DNA of 51,479 nucleotides from Candidatus Omnitrophota bacterium (GTDB taxonomy: Bacteria > Omnitrophota > Gorgyraeia > Gygaellales > Profunditerraquicolaceae): NCBI GenBank assembly GCA_025453445.1, contig JALOQJ010000004.1, positions 1-51,479 on the forward strand, written 5' to 3'. The stretch's first letter is position 1, and each line of letters opens with the position of its first letter. Of the stretch, positions 15,451-23,923 are shown piece by piece. The notes below the pieces were generated by a model, which saw only the letters and a program-made list of their open reading frames with translations, made no database searches and was not told where the DNA came from. Made by a program: the position numbers and the translations under genes.

Positions 15451-16258
15451 AAATAAAATTAAAGAACTGCAAAATAAAGCAAAAGAAATCAGGCGTTCTA
15501 TCGTGCGCATGGTGGCTTGCGCCGGTTCAGGCCATCCCGGAGGTAGCCTCTCAGCAACAGATTTAATCACCGCTTTATTTTTTGCTGTTCTGCGCCATGA
15601 TCCTAAAAATCCGCACTGGCCTTTGCGCGACAGGTTTCATATGTCTAAGGGGCATTGTTGCCCGCTTTGGTATTCAGTATTGGCAGAATGCGGTTATTTT
15701 CCTAAAGAAAAATTAATCACCTTAAGGCAATTTGGCTCGATGCTGCAGGGGCATCCGGATCGCCGCACTCCCGGGATAGAAGCAGCATCCGGTTCTCTTG
15801 GGCAGGGCCTGTCTATAGCGCTTGGTATGAGCCTCGCCGGAAAACTGGATAAATTAGATTACCGTACTTATGTGTTGATGGGTGATGGTGAAATTCAGGA
15901 GGGAAACATCTGGGAAGCGGCAATGGCATGCGCGCATTTTAAATCTGATAATCTATGTGCTATTCTTGATTATAATGGTTTTCAGATCGACGGAAAAACC
16001 TGCGCGGTAATGAATTTGGAGCCTCTGGCGCAGAAATGGCTTGCCTTTGGCTGGCATGTTATAGAAATTAACGGCCATGATATGCAACAGATCCTTGCTG
16101 CCTATGAAGAAGCAAAAACCATTAAAGGAAAACCTACAATTATTATTGCTAAGACTGTAAAAGGTAAAGGCGTATCTTTTATGGAAAATGTCTGTGATTT
16201 TCACGGCCGCGCACCGACTAAAGAAGAGGCCGAGAAAGCAGCTAAAGAGTTAGAGTGA
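15437..16258 (+). CDS. Transketolase, N-terminal (TPP-binding) subunit
   Basis: GSGHPGGSLSATD and GDGEIQEGNIWEA motifs. The 273-aa split-type architecture is typical. Confidence 0.9.
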   Translation: MPSAENKIKELQNKAKEIRRSIVRMVACAGSGHPGGSLSATDLITALFFAVLRHDPKNPHWPLRDRFHMSKGHCCPLWYSVLAECGYFPKEKLITLRQFGSMLQGHPDRRTPGIEAASGSLGQGLSIALGMSLAGKLDKLDYRTYVLMGDGEIQEGNIWEAAMACAHFKSDNLCAILDYNGFQIDGKTCAVMNLEPLAQKWLAFGWHVIEINGHDMQQILAAYEEAKTIKGKPTIIIAKTVKGKGVSFMENVCDFHGRAPTKEEAEKAAKELE

Positions 16259-16400
16259 TAATGACAAATGTCAAAATTCAAAGCACAAAATAAACCAAAA
16301 ATTCAAATGCCAAATTTCAAAACTAAAGTTTTGTTATTTGATATTTGTACTTTGATATTATTTTGTCATTTGTGCTTTGTTATTTGAATTTAAATTTACT
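16259..16400. repeat. ~130-nt AT-rich imperfect palindrome between the two transketolase subunit genes
   Basis: The centre is CAAAACT-aa-AGTTTTG (16318-16333). Collinear outer arms include CAAAT/ATTTG, AGCACAAA (16282-16289)/TTTGTGCT (16369-16376) and AAATTCAA (16274-16281)/TTGAATTT (16384-16391). Confidence 0.6.
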
Positions 16401-17327
16401 ATGGAAATGCTATATCAAAGAGATATTTACGGTCAGACCTTGGTGGAGTTAGGTAAAACCAATAAAGATATTGTGGTTTTAGATGCTGATTTATCCAGTT
16501 CTACGCGTACCGGGCTTTTTGCCAAACAATTTCCGGAGAGGTTTTTTAATTTTGGCGTGGCAGAGCAGAATATGATGGCAGCTGCTGCCGGCATTGCCTC
16601 TTGCGGCAAAATAGTTTTTACTTCCACTTTTGCAATTTTTGCTACAGGCAGAGCATGGGATCAGGTAAGAAATACCGTCAGCTATAATAATTTTAATGTT
16701 AAAATCGTTGCAACGCACGCTGGTTTAAGCGTCGGGCCTGACGGAGCCAGCCATCAGGCACTGGAAGATATTGCCCTGATGCGGGTTATCCCGAATATGA
16801 AAATTATTGCTCCTTGTGACGGGCCGCAAACAGCCGAGGCAATTATTGCCTGCGTGCAAACTCCCGGGCCTTTTTATGTTAGGTTAGGCAGGCCGAAAGT
16901 TCCGACAATAGAAAATAAAGGCAGCTTTAATTTAGGCAAAGCGCAATTTTTAACTGAGGGTAAAGACGTAACGATTATTGCCTGCGGAATTATGGTGCAG
17001 GAAGCGTTGTTTGCCGTTGCCAACCTTGCAAAGCAAGGTATTAAAGCGCGCCTGATTAATATGCATACCATTAAGCCGCTGGATAAAGAAGCTATATTGA
17101 GCGCAGCAAGAGAAACGCGCGGTATTGTTGTTTGCGAAGAGCATTCAATAGTCGGAGGATTGGCATCAGGCGTTGACGAGATTGTTGTAGAGAACTATCC
17201 CACTAAAGTTATACGCCTAGGTGTCAAAAATAGGTATGGCCAGTCAGGTGAACCCGCCGAACTTTTAAAGGAATATGATCTGACAAGTATCGATATAGAA
17301 AAAGCAGTGTCCACAATTATTTCTTAA
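16401..17327 (+). CDS. Transketolase, C-terminal (pyrimidine-binding) subunit
   Basis: The sequence GVAEQNMMAAAAGIA...ATHAGLSVGPDGASHQALEDIALMR is typical. The ORF track opens at a TTG (16377) inside the palindrome, so I chose the ATG at 16401 (MEMLYQRD). The start remains uncertain. Confidence 0.85.
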   Translation: MEMLYQRDIYGQTLVELGKTNKDIVVLDADLSSSTRTGLFAKQFPERFFNFGVAEQNMMAAAAGIASCGKIVFTSTFAIFATGRAWDQVRNTVSYNNFNVKIVATHAGLSVGPDGASHQALEDIALMRVIPNMKIIAPCDGPQTAEAIIACVQTPGPFYVRLGRPKVPTIENKGSFNLGKAQFLTEGKDVTIIACGIMVQEALFAVANLAKQGIKARLINMHTIKPLDKEAILSAARETRGIVVCEEHSIVGGLASGVDEIVVENYPTKVIRLGVKNRYGQSGEPAELLKEYDLTSIDIEKAVSTIIS

Positions 17328-17334
17328 GGCAGAA

Positions 17335-18207
17335 GTGGTCCTCAATTCCTACGCTAAATTAAACCTCTATCTGGAAGTTATTAACCGCCGCAAAGACAGT
17401 TACCATAATATAAAAACCCTTTTTGAGAGAATCAACCTTTGCGATATAATTACCTTGAAAGCCCGTCAAGATAAAATAATAAAAATTACTTCTAATTCAG
17501 CTGATATTCCGAAAGATGCAACAAATTTAGCTTATAAAAGCGCAAAAATATTGCAGGATAGCTTTCGGGTGAATAGAGGGGTGGAGATCAAAATCAACAA
17601 ACGCATCCCCGTAGGCAGCGGTATGGGCGGAGGTTCCAGTAATGCGGCAGTGGTATTATGCGGATTGAATAGGTTTTGGAAGTTAAACCTTTCCCGGGCT
17701 AAGCTTGTCAGCCTTGGCAAAAAAATCGGCAGCGACGTTCCCTTTTTCATTTATGACTGCGCGTTCGCTTTAGGTGGAGCAAAAGGCGATGTGATAAAAC
17801 CACTTAGCTCACTTAAAGGCATAAAGCTTTGGCATGTTTTAGTAGTGCCAAAAATCAAAGTTTCCACCCCCTTAATTTACAGAAAATGGGACAAAAATAG
17901 CTCAAATCTTGGGTTGACAAGGCCTGCTTATAATGTTAATATACTTCCTTTGGCATTAAAGAAAAAAGACCTCGCTTTGCTTGGCTCTTCCTTGTTTAAT
18001 AGTTTAGAAGCGGTTACTGCCAAAATTTACCCTGAATTAAAAAAAATCAGGGCAAAACTCGGATTTTTGGGGGTGCGATCAATTTTGATGTCGGGCAGCG
18101 GCCCGACGATGTTTGGTATCACTTCTTCGAGAAAGGAGGCGGTTTTTTTATACCGGCGACTTAGAAAAGAAAAATTTTGGCAGGTTTTCGTTACGCGGAC
18201 GCTTTAA
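17335..18207 (+). CDS. ispE: 4-diphosphocytidyl-2-C-methyl-D-erythritol kinase
   Basis: AKLNLYLEV...KRIPVGSGMGGGSSNAA GHMP-kinase motif. GTG start. Confidence 0.9.
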   Translation: MVLNSYAKLNLYLEVINRRKDSYHNIKTLFERINLCDIITLKARQDKIIKITSNSADIPKDATNLAYKSAKILQDSFRVNRGVEIKINKRIPVGSGMGGGSSNAAVVLCGLNRFWKLNLSRAKLVSLGKKIGSDVPFFIYDCAFALGGAKGDVIKPLSSLKGIKLWHVLVVPKIKVSTPLIYRKWDKNSSNLGLTRPAYNVNILPLALKKKDLALLGSSLFNSLEAVTAKIYPELKKIRAKLGFLGVRSILMSGSGPTMFGITSSRKEAVFLYRRLRKEKFWQVFVTRTL

Positions 18208-18237
18208 TGTCATGCAAGGAGGAGGGCCTTAGCAGCC

Positions 18238-18627
18238 ATGGAAATCACAGAGGTCAGGATGTTCTTAAAGGATTCACCGGATAAGAAGCTCAAAGCGTAT
18301 GCGACAGTAACCTTTGACAATTGCTTTGTAGTGAGGAATATTAAAGTTATCGAAGGCACTAAGGGTGTATTTATCGCCATGCCTTCCAGAAAAATAAAAC
18401 AGCCTTGTTCCAAATGCGGTTTTAAGAATGAGGCGCGCAGTAAATATTGCAACCAATGTGCTGCTCAGTTGCCTATAGTGCCTGTTACCACGACGGCAGA
18501 TGCAAATAACGGGGTGCAATCGGATCAAAAAGACATTGCTCATCCGATAACTCAGTCTTTCAGGGACTATTTGCAGAAAAGGATATTAGACGCTTACGGG
18601 CAGGAAAAAACAAGAGGCGCAGGATAA
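18238..18627 (+). CDS. spoVG: SpoVG-family protein with an inserted CxxC...CxxC zinc-ribbon
   Basis: MEITEVRMF..KAYATVTFDNCFVVRNIKVIEG.KGVFIAMPSRK ... DIAHPI is canonical SpoVG. About 46 aa, including CSKCGFKNEARSKYCNQC, are inserted between MPSRK and DIAHPI. Confidence 0.85.
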   Translation: MEITEVRMFLKDSPDKKLKAYATVTFDNCFVVRNIKVIEGTKGVFIAMPSRKIKQPCSKCGFKNEARSKYCNQCAAQLPIVPVTTTADANNGVQSDQKDIAHPITQSFRDYLQKRILDAYGQEKTRGAG

Positions 18628-18647
18628 GGGGAGTAACCACAATTTTT

Positions 18648-18718
18648 TGGGACGTCGTCCAATGGTAGGACTCGAGAATTTGGATCTCGCTATTGTGGTT
18701 CGACTCCACACGTCCCAG
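18648..18718 (+). tRNA. tRNA-Gln (anticodon TTG)
   Basis: Manual cloverleaf. The acceptor is TGGGACG/CGTCCCA, the D arm GTCC..GGAC, the anticodon stem CGAGA/TCTCG with loop ATTTGGA, and the T arm TGTGG-TTCGACT-CCACA. No CCA is encoded. Confidence 0.85.
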
Positions 18719-18732
18719 TTAAGATTATACTT

Positions 18733-19992
18733 ATGAAGAATATAGCAGTAGTAATTTTAGCCGCGGGAAAAAGCACGCGGATGAAATCGCTTACGCCTAA
18801 AGCGCTGCATCATTTATGCGGCAGGCCGATCTTAGGTTATGTTTTAGATTTGGCAAAGGAAGTTAATTCCGCTAAAACAGTGGTTGTATTGGGCTATGGG
18901 TATGAACAGGTAAGAAAAATTCTTCCTGCAGGCGTTGAGATTGCTGTCCAGAAGAAGCTTATTGGTACAGCTGATGCTGTAAAATGCGCCTACCCCGCGT
19001 TAAAAAATTTTAAGGGGACAGTTTTAGTCCTGTATGCTGATAATCCTTTATTAAAGAAAGAAACCGTTAAAAAATTACTTCAGGGGCATATTGATGCTGC
19101 TTCTGATGTTACTTTGCTGACTGCTAACGTCGATAAGCCGGTTGGTTACGGCAGGATTTTAAGGGATGAATATTCCGCGATTTGCGGGATTGTCGAGGAG
19201 AGAGACGCCGACGAATTCGAAAAAGAAATTAAAGAGATTAATACCGGCATTGCCTGTTTTAAAAGTGATAAATTATTTGCTGCTTTAAAAAAAGTCAGGC
19301 CTAATAACCGCAAAAAAGAATATTATCTGACAGATGCCATTGGCATCATTTATAAAAACAACGGTTTAATTGGAAGTGTTAAGATTGATGATGTGAGCGA
19401 AGCACAAGGCATAAATTCCCGTATAGATTTGGCACGCGCTAATAAGATTCAGCAGCGCAGGGTAAACGAAGATTTAATGAAAAAGGGAGTGACAATTATT
19501 GATCCGGAAACAACCTTTATCAGTTTCGGCAGCAAAGTTGGCGCTGAGACCGTGATTTATCCCTTTACAGTAATTGAAAATGATGTTAAAATTGGAAAAC
19601 GCTGTTCTGTCGGCCCGTTCGCGCATTTACGGGAAGGCACGAATATTGACAACGATGTGCTGGCAGGTAATTTCCTGGAAATTGTCCGTTCCACACTCGG
19701 CAGCAAAACCTTCATTAAACATTTTAGTTATATCGGAGACAGCCGTATCGGCAAGTCTGTGAATATCGGCGCAGGGACTGTCACTGCCAATTTTGACGGC
19801 AAAAAGAAGAATTTTACTATAATTAAAGATAATGCCCTGATTGGTTCAGATACAATTTTGGTTGCGCCGGCAAAAATCGGAAAAAATTCCGTTACCGGCG
19901 CCGGCTCGGTAATTGTTAAAAATATCCCTGTTCCGGACAATGCGATAGTGGTAGGTGTTCCGGCAAGGCAACTGAAAATAAGAAAAAAATAA
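18733..19992 (+). CDS. glmU: Bifunctional UDP-GlcNAc pyrophosphorylase / GlcN-1-P N-acetyltransferase
   Basis: N-terminal VILAAGKSTRMKS nucleotidyltransferase motif and C-terminal left-handed beta-helix hexapeptide repeats. It sits in the conserved spoVG-glmU-prs context. Confidence 0.85.
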   Translation: MKNIAVVILAAGKSTRMKSLTPKALHHLCGRPILGYVLDLAKEVNSAKTVVVLGYGYEQVRKILPAGVEIAVQKKLIGTADAVKCAYPALKNFKGTVLVLYADNPLLKKETVKKLLQGHIDAASDVTLLTANVDKPVGYGRILRDEYSAICGIVEERDADEFEKEIKEINTGIACFKSDKLFAALKKVRPNNRKKEYYLTDAIGIIYKNNGLIGSVKIDDVSEAQGINSRIDLARANKIQQRRVNEDLMKKGVTIIDPETTFISFGSKVGAETVIYPFTVIENDVKIGKRCSVGPFAHLREGTNIDNDVLAGNFLEIVRSTLGSKTFIKHFSYIGDSRIGKSVNIGAGTVTANFDGKKKNFTIIKDNALIGSDTILVAPAKIGKNSVTGAGSVIVKNIPVPDNAIVVGVPARQLKIRKK

Positions 19993-20070
19993 TGTCCTTC
20001 GTCTGCCTGCGGCGGACTCGGGATCAATTCGCCCTAAGAAAAATGAGGGCTCATTGAGGGTAAAATAAAA

Positions 20071-21009
20071 ATGGATAAATTAGCAATTTTTAGCGGTAAT
20101 GCCCATGTTGCACTGGCTAAAGATATTTGTAAATACCTGGAGGTGCAATTATCCGATGCCTTTGTAGGAAAGTTCAGTGAAGGGGAAATCCGCGTAAAGA
20201 TCAATGATAACATCAGAGGTAAAGATGTTTTTATCGTGCAGCCGACCTGCCCTCCGTCTAATGATAACCTGATGGAGCTTTTGATTATGATCGATGCTTT
20301 AAAGCGTTCTTCAGCACACCGCATTACTGCGGTAATTCCCTATTTTGGTTATGCACGGCAGGACAGGAAAGACCAGCCGCGCGTGCCGATTACCGCGAAA
20401 TTAGTGGCAAATCTTCTGACTACTGCCGGCGCAAACAGGATTCTGACTATGGATTTACATGCCGGACAGATTCAGGGATTTTTTGATATTCCGGTGGATC
20501 ATCTTTTTGCTATCAATGTTTTCATCGAATATTTTAAACAGCTAGATACAAAAAATCTGGTAATTGTTTCTCCTGATGTGGGCGGGATTAAAATGGCGCG
20601 TGCTTATGCCAAGAGGCTTTCCGCCGGATTAGCGATTATAGATAAAAGGCGCGATTCACCGGAAAAAACAGAAATAATGCATTTCTTAGGCGATGTAAAA
20701 GGCAAAGATGCAATTATGGCCGACGATCTTATTGCTACCGGTAGTTCCATGATTGAGGGTGTTGAGGCGTTAAAGAAAGCCGGTGCAAAGAGTATACGCG
20801 CAGCGATTACTCACGGTGTATTATCTGGCCCGGCAATCGAACGAATTCATAAATGTGTCGGCCTGGAGGAATTGATTATTACCGACAGTATCCCATTGGC
20901 AAAAGAGAAACAAAATCAGCGGATTAAGGTTTTATCCGTAGCGGGCCTTTTAGGTGAGGCAATTAAAAGGATACATCACGAAGAGTCAGTCAGCTCATTG
21001 TTTGATTAA
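20071..21009 (+). CDS. prs: Ribose-phosphate pyrophosphokinase
   Basis: The sequence GEIRVKINDNIRGKDVFIVQ...YFGYARQDRK...DLHAGQIQGFF is diagnostic. Confidence 0.95.
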   Translation: MDKLAIFSGNAHVALAKDICKYLEVQLSDAFVGKFSEGEIRVKINDNIRGKDVFIVQPTCPPSNDNLMELLIMIDALKRSSAHRITAVIPYFGYARQDRKDQPRVPITAKLVANLLTTAGANRILTMDLHAGQIQGFFDIPVDHLFAINVFIEYFKQLDTKNLVIVSPDVGGIKMARAYAKRLSAGLAIIDKRRDSPEKTEIMHFLGDVKGKDAIMADDLIATGSSMIEGVEALKKAGAKSIRAAITHGVLSGPAIERIHKCVGLEELIITDSIPLAKEKQNQRIKVLSVAGLLGEAIKRIHHEESVSSLFD

Positions 21010-21026
21010 AGGAGAGTGTAATTATC

Positions 21027-21722
21027 ATGGAAGAGATATTTTTGGATGTTGAATTAAGAGAGCAAATAGGCAAGGGTAAAGTCAAGGGTTTAAGGGATAC
21101 CGGGTTTATCCCCGCGGTTATTTATGGCGAAGGTAAAAATTCGCAGGCAATAAAAGTTTCCCACAAACAATTATTCCATTTATTGCATCAGTATCGGCTG
21201 GAAAATATTGTGATTAACCTGAAAGTTGCGGATGATAAAAAACAAAAGACCCATGCTTGCCTGATTAAGGAAATTCAGTATCATCCAGTCAAGGGTGATA
21301 TCGTGCATGTGGATTTTAATGAGATTTCGCTGACTAAAGCAATTAAAGTGAATGTGCCGATTACTGCCAAGGGCGAGCCGATAGGCGCCAAAACAGAAGG
21401 CGGTTCGCTGGAGCATATACTTTGGGAAGTGGAAGTGGAATGTTTACCGACTGCGATTCCTAAGGGCATTGAAGTGGATGTCAGCGCTTTAAAGATTGGT
21501 GATGCAATTCATGTTAAAGATATAGCTTTTCCTGCTGAGGTTAAAGTTTTAACTCCTTCTGATGCGATAGTTTTATCTTGTGTTGCGCCGATTAAGGAAG
21601 AAGTAGCTGTGCCTGCTGAAGGCGAAGAAGTCCAAGAGCCTGAAGTTATTAAGGAGAAGAAAGAAGTTCCGGCTGAAGGAGCTGAGGAAGAGAAGAAAGA
21701 GAAAGAGAAGAAAGAAAAATAA
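21027..21722 (+). CDS. rplY: 50S ribosomal protein L25 / general stress protein Ctc
   Basis: GKGKVKGLRDTGFIPAVIYG at the N-terminus and a Lys/Glu-rich acidic tail. It lies between prs and pth. Confidence 0.9.
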   Translation: MEEIFLDVELREQIGKGKVKGLRDTGFIPAVIYGEGKNSQAIKVSHKQLFHLLHQYRLENIVINLKVADDKKQKTHACLIKEIQYHPVKGDIVHVDFNEISLTKAIKVNVPITAKGEPIGAKTEGGSLEHILWEVEVECLPTAIPKGIEVDVSALKIGDAIHVKDIAFPAEVKVLTPSDAIVLSCVAPIKEEVAVPAEGEEVQEPEVIKEKKEVPAEGAEEEKKEKEKKEK

Positions 21723-21728
21723 TATTTT

Positions 21729-21791
21729 AGCTATCAGCTATCAGCTGCCAGCTGTTAGCTGAAGACTGAAAGCTGAAGACTGAAAGCTGAA
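21729..21791 (+). repeat. AGCT-phased tandem repeat (four 7-mers followed by 2.5 copies of a 14-mer)
   Basis: The sequence reads agctatc agctatc agctgcc agctgtt agctgaagactgaa agctgaagactgaa agctgaa and ends at the pth start codon. Confidence 0.8.
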
Positions 21792-22376
21792 ATGAAATTA
21801 ATCGTAGGTTTGGGCAATCCCGGCGGGGCTTATCTTCATTCAAGGCACAATATCGGTTTTATGGTTGTTAAGGCACTGGCAAAGGCAGAAGGCCTTGCCT
21901 TAAAAAAAGATAACAGTGCTTCGGCTCTAAGCGCGAAATTAAAAATTGATAATCAGGCTGTTGTGTTGGCGATACCGTTGACTTTTATGAACCTGTCTGG
22001 CATTGCCGTAAGGCAGTTAGCAAAAAAATATAAGGCAGGGCATCAGGATATACTGATTGTTTGTGATGACTTGGATTTAGCGTTCGGTAAGCTAAAGATA
22101 AGAAAAGAAGGCTCTTCCGGCGGCCAGCGCGGGTTGGAATCAATCATTGATTTTTTGGGGGGCAAAGATTTTAGCCGTTTGCGCATCGGAATCAGCAGGC
22201 CCCAGCGCAGTAGCGATGCGGCAGAATACGTATTATCCGCTTTTACGAAACAGGAAAGAGAAGAACTTAAAGAAATAATCAGCAAAGCGCTTGATTGCTG
22301 CCTGAGCTGGGTTTGTTCAGGCATTGATGAAAGTATGAATATTTTTAACCAACGCAGTTGTAGGGAGGAGAAGTAA
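21792..22376 (+). CDS. pth: Peptidyl-tRNA hydrolase
   Basis: LIVGLGNPG..Y..SRHNIGF and DDLDL.FGKLKIR motifs. Confidence 0.95.
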   Translation: MKLIVGLGNPGGAYLHSRHNIGFMVVKALAKAEGLALKKDNSASALSAKLKIDNQAVVLAIPLTFMNLSGIAVRQLAKKYKAGHQDILIVCDDLDLAFGKLKIRKEGSSGGQRGLESIIDFLGGKDFSRLRIGISRPQRSSDAAEYVLSAFTKQEREELKEIISKALDCCLSWVCSGIDESMNIFNQRSCREEK

Positions 22377-22428
22377 ATGAACCCCGCCCTTCCTAAAGGG
22401 TTAGGGGAATTAAACGAGTAAAATTATT

Positions 22429-22743
22429 ATGCAAAAGAAAGAAAGGAAGGGCGGGGTGAATAAATACGAAGCGATGTTTATCGTTAAGCCAGATTTATCC
22501 GAAGAGGAAAGGAAAATTTTATTTAACCAGATTAGTGAGGCAGTAACTAAAAATAGCGGGACAGTCACCAACGCTGCTGTCTGGTCGGAAAAACGCAAGT
22601 TATTTTTTCCGATTAAGAAACACATGGAAGGCGTATATTACCTGATGAATTTCAGCGTTGACCCTCTGGCAGTGACAAAGATGAGGCATGCTTACAATTT
22701 GAATGAAAACATCCTCAGGGTGTTAATCACTAAGGCTGCCTAA
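22429..22743 (+). CDS. rpsF: 30S ribosomal protein S6
   Basis: YEAMFIVKPDLSEEE is typical of S6. The true start may be the GTG at 22456, which is preceded by aggaagg. Confidence 0.9.
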   Translation: MQKKERKGGVNKYEAMFIVKPDLSEEERKILFNQISEAVTKNSGTVTNAAVWSEKRKLFFPIKKHMEGVYYLMNFSVDPLAVTKMRHAYNLNENILRVLITKAA

Positions 22744-22755
22744 GGAGAAAAACAA

Positions 22756-23190
22756 ATGGCTAATTTAAATAAAGTTTTATTAATGGGTAATCTGACTAAG
22801 GATCCTGAACTGCGTTACACTCCGCAGGGCACAGCAGTAGCTAATCTAAGGATGGCAATAAACAGGCGTTACCGCGATAAGAATCAGGAACAGAAAGAAG
22901 AAGTTTGTTTTATTACTGCCGTAGTCTGGGATAAACAGGCAGAGGTCTGTAATCAGTATTTACATAAGGGAAGCCCGGTTTTTATCGAGGGCAGGCTGCA
23001 GTCGCGCTCTTGGGAAGATAAGGCCGGACAGAAACGCAATGTTATCGAAGTTAGGGCGGAACGCGTGCAATTCTTAGGCAAGGCGCCGTCTAAAACAGGT
23101 GCCTCCGGAGAAGTTTCTCAGGAAGAAGTACCACCGTCTACTGAAGCATCATGGTTAGGAGAAAGCGAGGAGAGTCTTAATGAGGGATAA
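22756..23190 (+). CDS. ssb: Single-stranded DNA-binding protein
   Basis: The OB-fold N-terminus is MANLNKVLLMGNLTKDPELRYTPQGTAVANL. The C-terminal tail lacks the usual DDDIPF-type tip. Confidence 0.9.
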   Translation: MANLNKVLLMGNLTKDPELRYTPQGTAVANLRMAINRRYRDKNQEQKEEVCFITAVVWDKQAEVCNQYLHKGSPVFIEGRLQSRSWEDKAGQKRNVIEVRAERVQFLGKAPSKTGASGEVSQEEVPPSTEASWLGESEESLNEG

Positions 23191-23455
23191 AGAGAGGGAT
23201 ACAAAAAGAAAAATTCTTAAAAAAAGAGAAAAAAGCGGTTCGGCCTTTGGTATGCGCAAGAGGTTTTGCCGTTTATGCGTAGATAAGGTTAGATCGCTGG
23301 ATTATAAAGACATGAAAAGGCTGGAAGCGTTTATTAAAGAAAGAGGTAAGATTACTTCTACGCGCGGCTCAGGCAATTGCGCCAAGCATCAGCGCATGCT
23401 TACTGAAGTAATTAAGCGTGCCCGTTTTGTTTCTCTTTTGCCCTACGTGCGTTAA
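23180..23455 (+). CDS. rpsR: 30S ribosomal protein S18
   Basis: The sequence FCRLC......LDYKD...L..FI.ERGKI...R.SG.CAKHQR is typical. It sits in the rpsF-ssb-rpsR-rplI order. Confidence 0.9.
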   Translation: MRDKERDTKRKILKKREKSGSAFGMRKRFCRLCVDKVRSLDYKDMKRLEAFIKERGKITSTRGSGNCAKHQRMLTEVIKRARFVSLLPYVR

Positions 23456-23473
23456 CAGCCTTAGGAGATTATT

Positions 23474-23917
23474 ATGGAAGTAATTCTTAATAAAGATGTA
23501 GCGAACATCGGTAAAGCAGGACAGGTAATCAAGGCCAAAGACGGCTTTGCGCGGAATTTTCTTATTCCTAACGGCTTGGCTGTGCCGCTCAATACGGTAA
23601 ATCTGAAAAAATTAGAAGAGGATAAGCAAAGAAAAACCCTGCAGCAGGAGAAATTGAAAAAAGAGGCTGACGAGTTGAGCCTGAAAATATCCGGCCTTTC
23701 TTTAACTATCCCTGTGTTGACGCAGGAAGAGGACAAGCTTTATGGTAGCATTGGTATTGTTGAGTTGTTAGCCTCTCTGAAAGAAGAAGGCATTGAGCTG
23801 GAAAAAAACAAGATCGCATTAACTGAACCGCTTAAGGCATTAGGGATATATGAAGTGCCGGTTAAGCTGCATCCGGAAGTAACAGCTAAGTTAAAAGTTT
23901 GGATCGTTAAAAAATAA
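23474..23917 (+). CDS. rplI: 50S ribosomal protein L9
   Basis: MEVILNKDVANIGKAGQVIKAKDGFARNFLIPNGLAV is canonical L9. Confidence 0.9.
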   Translation: MEVILNKDVANIGKAGQVIKAKDGFARNFLIPNGLAVPLNTVNLKKLEEDKQRKTLQQEKLKKEADELSLKISGLSLTIPVLTQEEDKLYGSIGIVELLASLKEEGIELEKNKIALTEPLKALGIYEVPVKLHPEVTAKLKVWIVKK

Positions 23918-23923
23918 TTTATT

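Noticed and set aside
16377-16400. The TTG start at 16377 for the transketolase C-subunit (MLFEFKFT...)
   Set aside because: The extra 8 codons lie inside the intergenic palindrome and do not resemble transketolase N-termini. The ATG at 16401 is preferred, although it has no clear SD.
19993-20070. A GC-rich patch after glmU (gtccttcgtctgcctgcggcggactcggg) as a terminator or another repeat-family member
   Set aside because: It allows only weak, bulged pairing (GTCC...GGAC, GCC-tgc-GGC), has no T-tail, and has no second copy in the window. That is too little to support a call.
21729-21791. Possible CRISPR array (this tandem repeat and the 45.7-kb repeats)
   Set aside because: The units are 7-14 nt or irregular, there are no unique spacers of constant length, and there are no cas genes in the window.
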